Part shown: positions 61,027 to 64,000 of the stretch, in pieces
Layout of the letters: every line of letters begins with the position of its first letter
Position numbering within the stretch: position 1 is the stretch's first letter
Source: Albugo candida
Lineage: Eukaryota
Reading direction: 5' to 3'
DNA length: 64,000 nt
Assembly (NCBI GenBank): GCA_040437565.1
Contig: JBDOQK010000067.1
Span: 1-64,000, forward strand
The notes under the pieces: generated by a model
Told to the model about the DNA's origin: nothing
What the model saw: the letters and a program-made list of their open reading frames with translations, nothing else
Database searches by the model: none
Made by a program: the position numbers and the translations under genes

Positions 61027-63378
61027 TCATATTTGGCTCATATTCGATACTGCCATTTGATTCCTACCTCTGCATGTTTGTACACATTTATTCGGTTGAT
61101 GTTGGTCAATCTGTTGGATCTGTACCGTCAAGTCCAACTTGATATCCTTGAATTGGGATTTTACGATACTTTGGACGTGGCGAAGGACAACCTGCTCGAC
61201 TGCGTCGTCAACAAGTAGATGCATCGAAGCGACATGAAGCCCGTTTGAATGTTGCCAAAAGTGCCATTGCGAAACTTGTTCCACTTTTGGTATCTCTTTC
61301 ACTATACTTTCCAAAGTTGTGTGCAGTAATTCCTCCATTTCTGACGGCACACGTCCCATTAATTGTCGAATGATATCTCTAAACAGAGGTAATGTGCTCC
61401 CAAAAATCAGGAAAGAGATGACCAAAGAGCAGATTGGATCAGCGATATACCACCCTCCGTAGTCGATCATGATGGATGAGATGATAACACCTATACTCCC
61501 CAATGTATCGGCAAGCACATGAAGATAGATTCCATACATGTTTGTGTTGCGAATATGCTTGTCATTTCTTTGGTCCGAAAGATTGATGCTGTTCGGTGTG
61601 GATACGTGGCTATCTTGATCCAGTCTGTTTGAAAAGCCGTTTGATCTGGAATCATTGGAACCTTGATCGGACAGAGATGTTTGCTCGCAGCATGAGGTAG
61701 AAAACTGGGAATCATGTAGTTGATCATTGTGTACAGAATTGTGTCCGCATGTGTGCTTTGTATCATGGGCACAAGCGCCATTGTGCTGATGGATATGATC
61801 GTGAAACCAAATGAGTCCGATTACATTAAGTAAAAAGCCTCCAATCGATGTGACCAGCAAGTTGTTAGTTTGTATATTTGGGGGATCAAAGAAACGCTGG
61901 ATAGCCTCCGTCATCAATCGCAGAGAGACAAACAACAACAAAGTTGAATTCAAGAGCCCCGAGAGGACTTCCACACGTCCATAGCCATATGTATACCTCT
62001 CATTCGGACGAAAGTGACCAATGTAAGAAGCGATCAAACCAACGAAAAGAGCACTGTTGTCAAAAAACATGTGACCAGCATCACCAATCAAGCCCAGAGA
62101 ATTTGTACTGTATCCTACTAGGAACTCGACGACCATGTACATGATATTGATACATAAGAAAAGCAGAATTCTGCGAGACTCGGTGGTAGTCCATACTGAC
62201 TTTAGCATAGATACTAAATGATTAGTATAATAGTGAGAATGCGTTGCATCCACTTTGGAAGTTTGTGTAAAAGGACACGCATCAAGGCATTTCTTGAGTG
62301 CTCGCCCTTCGGGCTGAAAGTACTGCGTCCAAATGAGAATAGCCGAGATCATCATTTCGACGCATGTCCAAGAAGTGAATTGCTTGTACACCACTATGTA
62401 TGCACACCTACTGAGTGCAGCGGTACTGATGGCCACCATTCCGCGTTTCGCACCGTTTCCACCATAAAAGATGTTGGATTGGTACAATTGTACGCTTGGC
62501 AATGAGAGAAAAGTAAAATAAAGCCCTGTTAAAAAGAGAAATGTAATCCATAATTCGAATTGTTTTGATTGAGTAGCTCTATACGGATCCATCGCTGTGT
62601 ATTTCATTATTGGCAATCGACGAAAGGAGGAAGAACCGACGGCAAAACATATCGATAGTAGCCAAGTCAGCAATAACGACCGATTATGACGTACTTGTGT
62701 CAAGCTAGCGGCTTCGACCCTTCTCTCCCGTTGGGACATGCGCATACGGCTATGTACACAGACTGAACCAGCCATGAGACCGATAGCATGTATCAACATA
62801 CTAGGATCCGAAACATTGCTTCCTGCAATCACAAGCATCCCCGCTCCAGTGATTATACTTCTAGCGTATCTCACCAGATAGCTTCCCCTTTTACTTGTGT
62901 CCGAATTGTAAGAAAGCAAATGAACCAGTGGAATCGGTAATAAAGTGTCCAACTTTTCGATCATAATAGAGAATAAGTAACCAAAATGGCGTACCGAATA
63001 AAACCGAATCAATTCTCTAAGAAATAGGATAAAGCCATCCGTAACGCATTGGTACACGTGCTTTTTGTGGTTGCATGCTATCGCCTCAATGGGATTGTCG
63101 GTACATGACCTCCAAATCAGCTTCCGGTCTAATGTTTTCACGAATCGAATGCTTTGAAGCCCGCACAGAACGGTATAAATCAAGGCAATCGCTACAGCAT
63201 CGGTAGATTGTCCACCTGTTTGGTTTATTTGCACGCATTTAATCATCAATAATGCACCGATTGAAATCAAAGTATCATATAATGCAGCTATCCAACCAGC
63301 GCCATTCATTGATCGATTATCGAGCCACAATCCGTCTCGAGAGTGAACAAAAGGTAGTGTCCGATGTCGCATTTGCAT
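61027..63378 (-). CDS. Cation diffusion facilitator zinc transporter (ZnT5/Msc2/MTP12-like, extended N-terminal TM region)
   Basis: NSLGLIGDAGHMFFDNSAL, YTYGYGRVEVLSG, His-rich loop, NMYGIYLHVLADTLGSIGVIIS, ADPICS. Confidence 0.93.
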   Translation of the reverse strand: MQMRHRTLPFVHSRDGLWLDNRSMNGAGWIAALYDTLISIGALLMIKCVQINQTGGQSTDAVAIALIYTVLCGLQSIRFVKTLDRKLIWRSCTDNPIEAIACNHKKHVYQCVTDGFILFLRELIRFYSVRHFGYLFSIMIEKLDTLLPIPLVHLLSYNSDTSKRGSYLVRYARSIITGAGMLVIAGSNVSDPSMLIHAIGLMAGSVCVHSRMRMSQRERRVEAASLTQVRHNRSLLLTWLLSICFAVGSSSFRRLPIMKYTAMDPYRATQSKQFELWITFLFLTGLYFTFLSLPSVQLYQSNIFYGGNGAKRGMVAISTAALSRCAYIVVYKQFTSWTCVEMMISAILIWTQYFQPEGRALKKCLDACPFTQTSKVDATHSHYYTNHLVSMLKSVWTTTESRRILLFLCINIMYMVVEFLVGYSTNSLGLIGDAGHMFFDNSALFVGLIASYIGHFRPNERYTYGYGRVEVLSGLLNSTLLLFVSLRLMTEAIQRFFDPPNIQTNNLLVTSIGGFLLNVIGLIWFHDHIHQHNGACAHDTKHTCGHNSVHNDQLHDSQFSTSCCEQTSLSDQGSNDSRSNGFSNRLDQDSHVSTPNSINLSDQRNDKHIRNTNMYGIYLHVLADTLGSIGVIISSIMIDYGGWYIADPICSLVISFLIFGSTLPLFRDIIRQLMGRVPSEMEELLHTTLESIVKEIPKVEQVSQWHFWQHSNGLHVASMHLLVDDAVEQVVLRHVQSIVKSQFKDIKLDLTVQIQQIDQHQPNKCVQTCRGRNQMAVSNMSQI

Positions 63379-63441
63379 GCGAATTGATATTTAAAATTAA
63401 GTGTATGTTTATTGGATAATAATGTCCAATAATGAAACTCA

Positions 63442-64000
63442 TCAAATCTGCTCGGCTTCGGCATCGGCATCGGCTCCATTTGCTTGCGCTGTTGAACGAA
63501 TGCCATCCAGAAATGCACTAATCGCTATGTGCAGTAATAAATTATACGTAGGTCGCTTTGAATACATATAGAACGCTTACCATCTCCACTTGTTGTTCCG
63601 AATCCAGCACTCAGGCCAAAGTTGGACATGATCTCGTAGAAATTACCAGAATCGAGTGCAGCTGATAACGAAGCAATGCTTTGGCGGAGCTGAGGCGAGT
63701 GGAACTTTGTATACACCCTAATGAACCTCTAATGCGTCCTATTTTCAATACAAAGCTTACAGTTTCTTGCAGCTCCGTTATTGTTTGCAATCCTTCAGGG
63801 AGCTCCTTGATCAGTCGTTCCGCAGCCCTCTCATCGTTCAAAACCAAAGAACCAATATTGTTCACGTGTAGAATCTTCAAAAGCGATATTCTTCTTTGTG
63901 GCGGTGGCTACAAATGACAGCTTAAAGGTCATGCGTTCAACATGACGTAACTCGACACTTACCACGAGCGTTTGGACGGTCTCAAGAGCTTTCTGCAAAT
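63442..64000 (-). CDS. RPN13: Proteasomal ubiquitin receptor Rpn13/ADRM1, 3' part (DEUBAD domain), with introns
   Basis: RLIKELPEGLQTITELQET / FHSPQLRQSIASLSAALDSGN..IMSNFGL / ISAFLDGI; GTAAGC donors between the segments. Confidence 0.8.

Noticed and set aside
1-64000. tRNA, rRNA, snRNA or telomeric repeats
   Set aside because: None recognised by eye; tRNAscan-SE/Infernal would be needed to exclude them.

Overview
Eukaryotic genomic scaffold with ten 100-N gaps. Short GT-AG introns (about 45-65 nt), INR/FPR-like core promoters and RxLR-like secreted proteins point to an oomycete, most resembling Albugo (inference). Gene-dense blocks carry a DIS3L-like exoribonuclease, a PDK/BCKDK-like kinase, BMS1, a SPIRAL2/TORTIFOLIA1-like HEAT protein, an IRE/Rim15/MAST-type AGC kinase, an FGGY gluconokinase-like gene, a ZnT5-like CDF transporter and the 3' end of RPN13. 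These alternate with gene-sparse accessory regions: a decayed Ty3/gypsy element, segmental duplications, pseudogene remnants, three secreted Gly/Tyr/Gln repeat proteins, and a 38.5-54 kb island of candidate secreted effectors. The most notable system is a locally expanding family of about 7 very small secreted proteins (signal peptide + SISxKPMLRxL[R/G] + SRxL + short variable, often cationic tail). They look like prepro-peptides and share motifs with larger neighbouring effector candidates.
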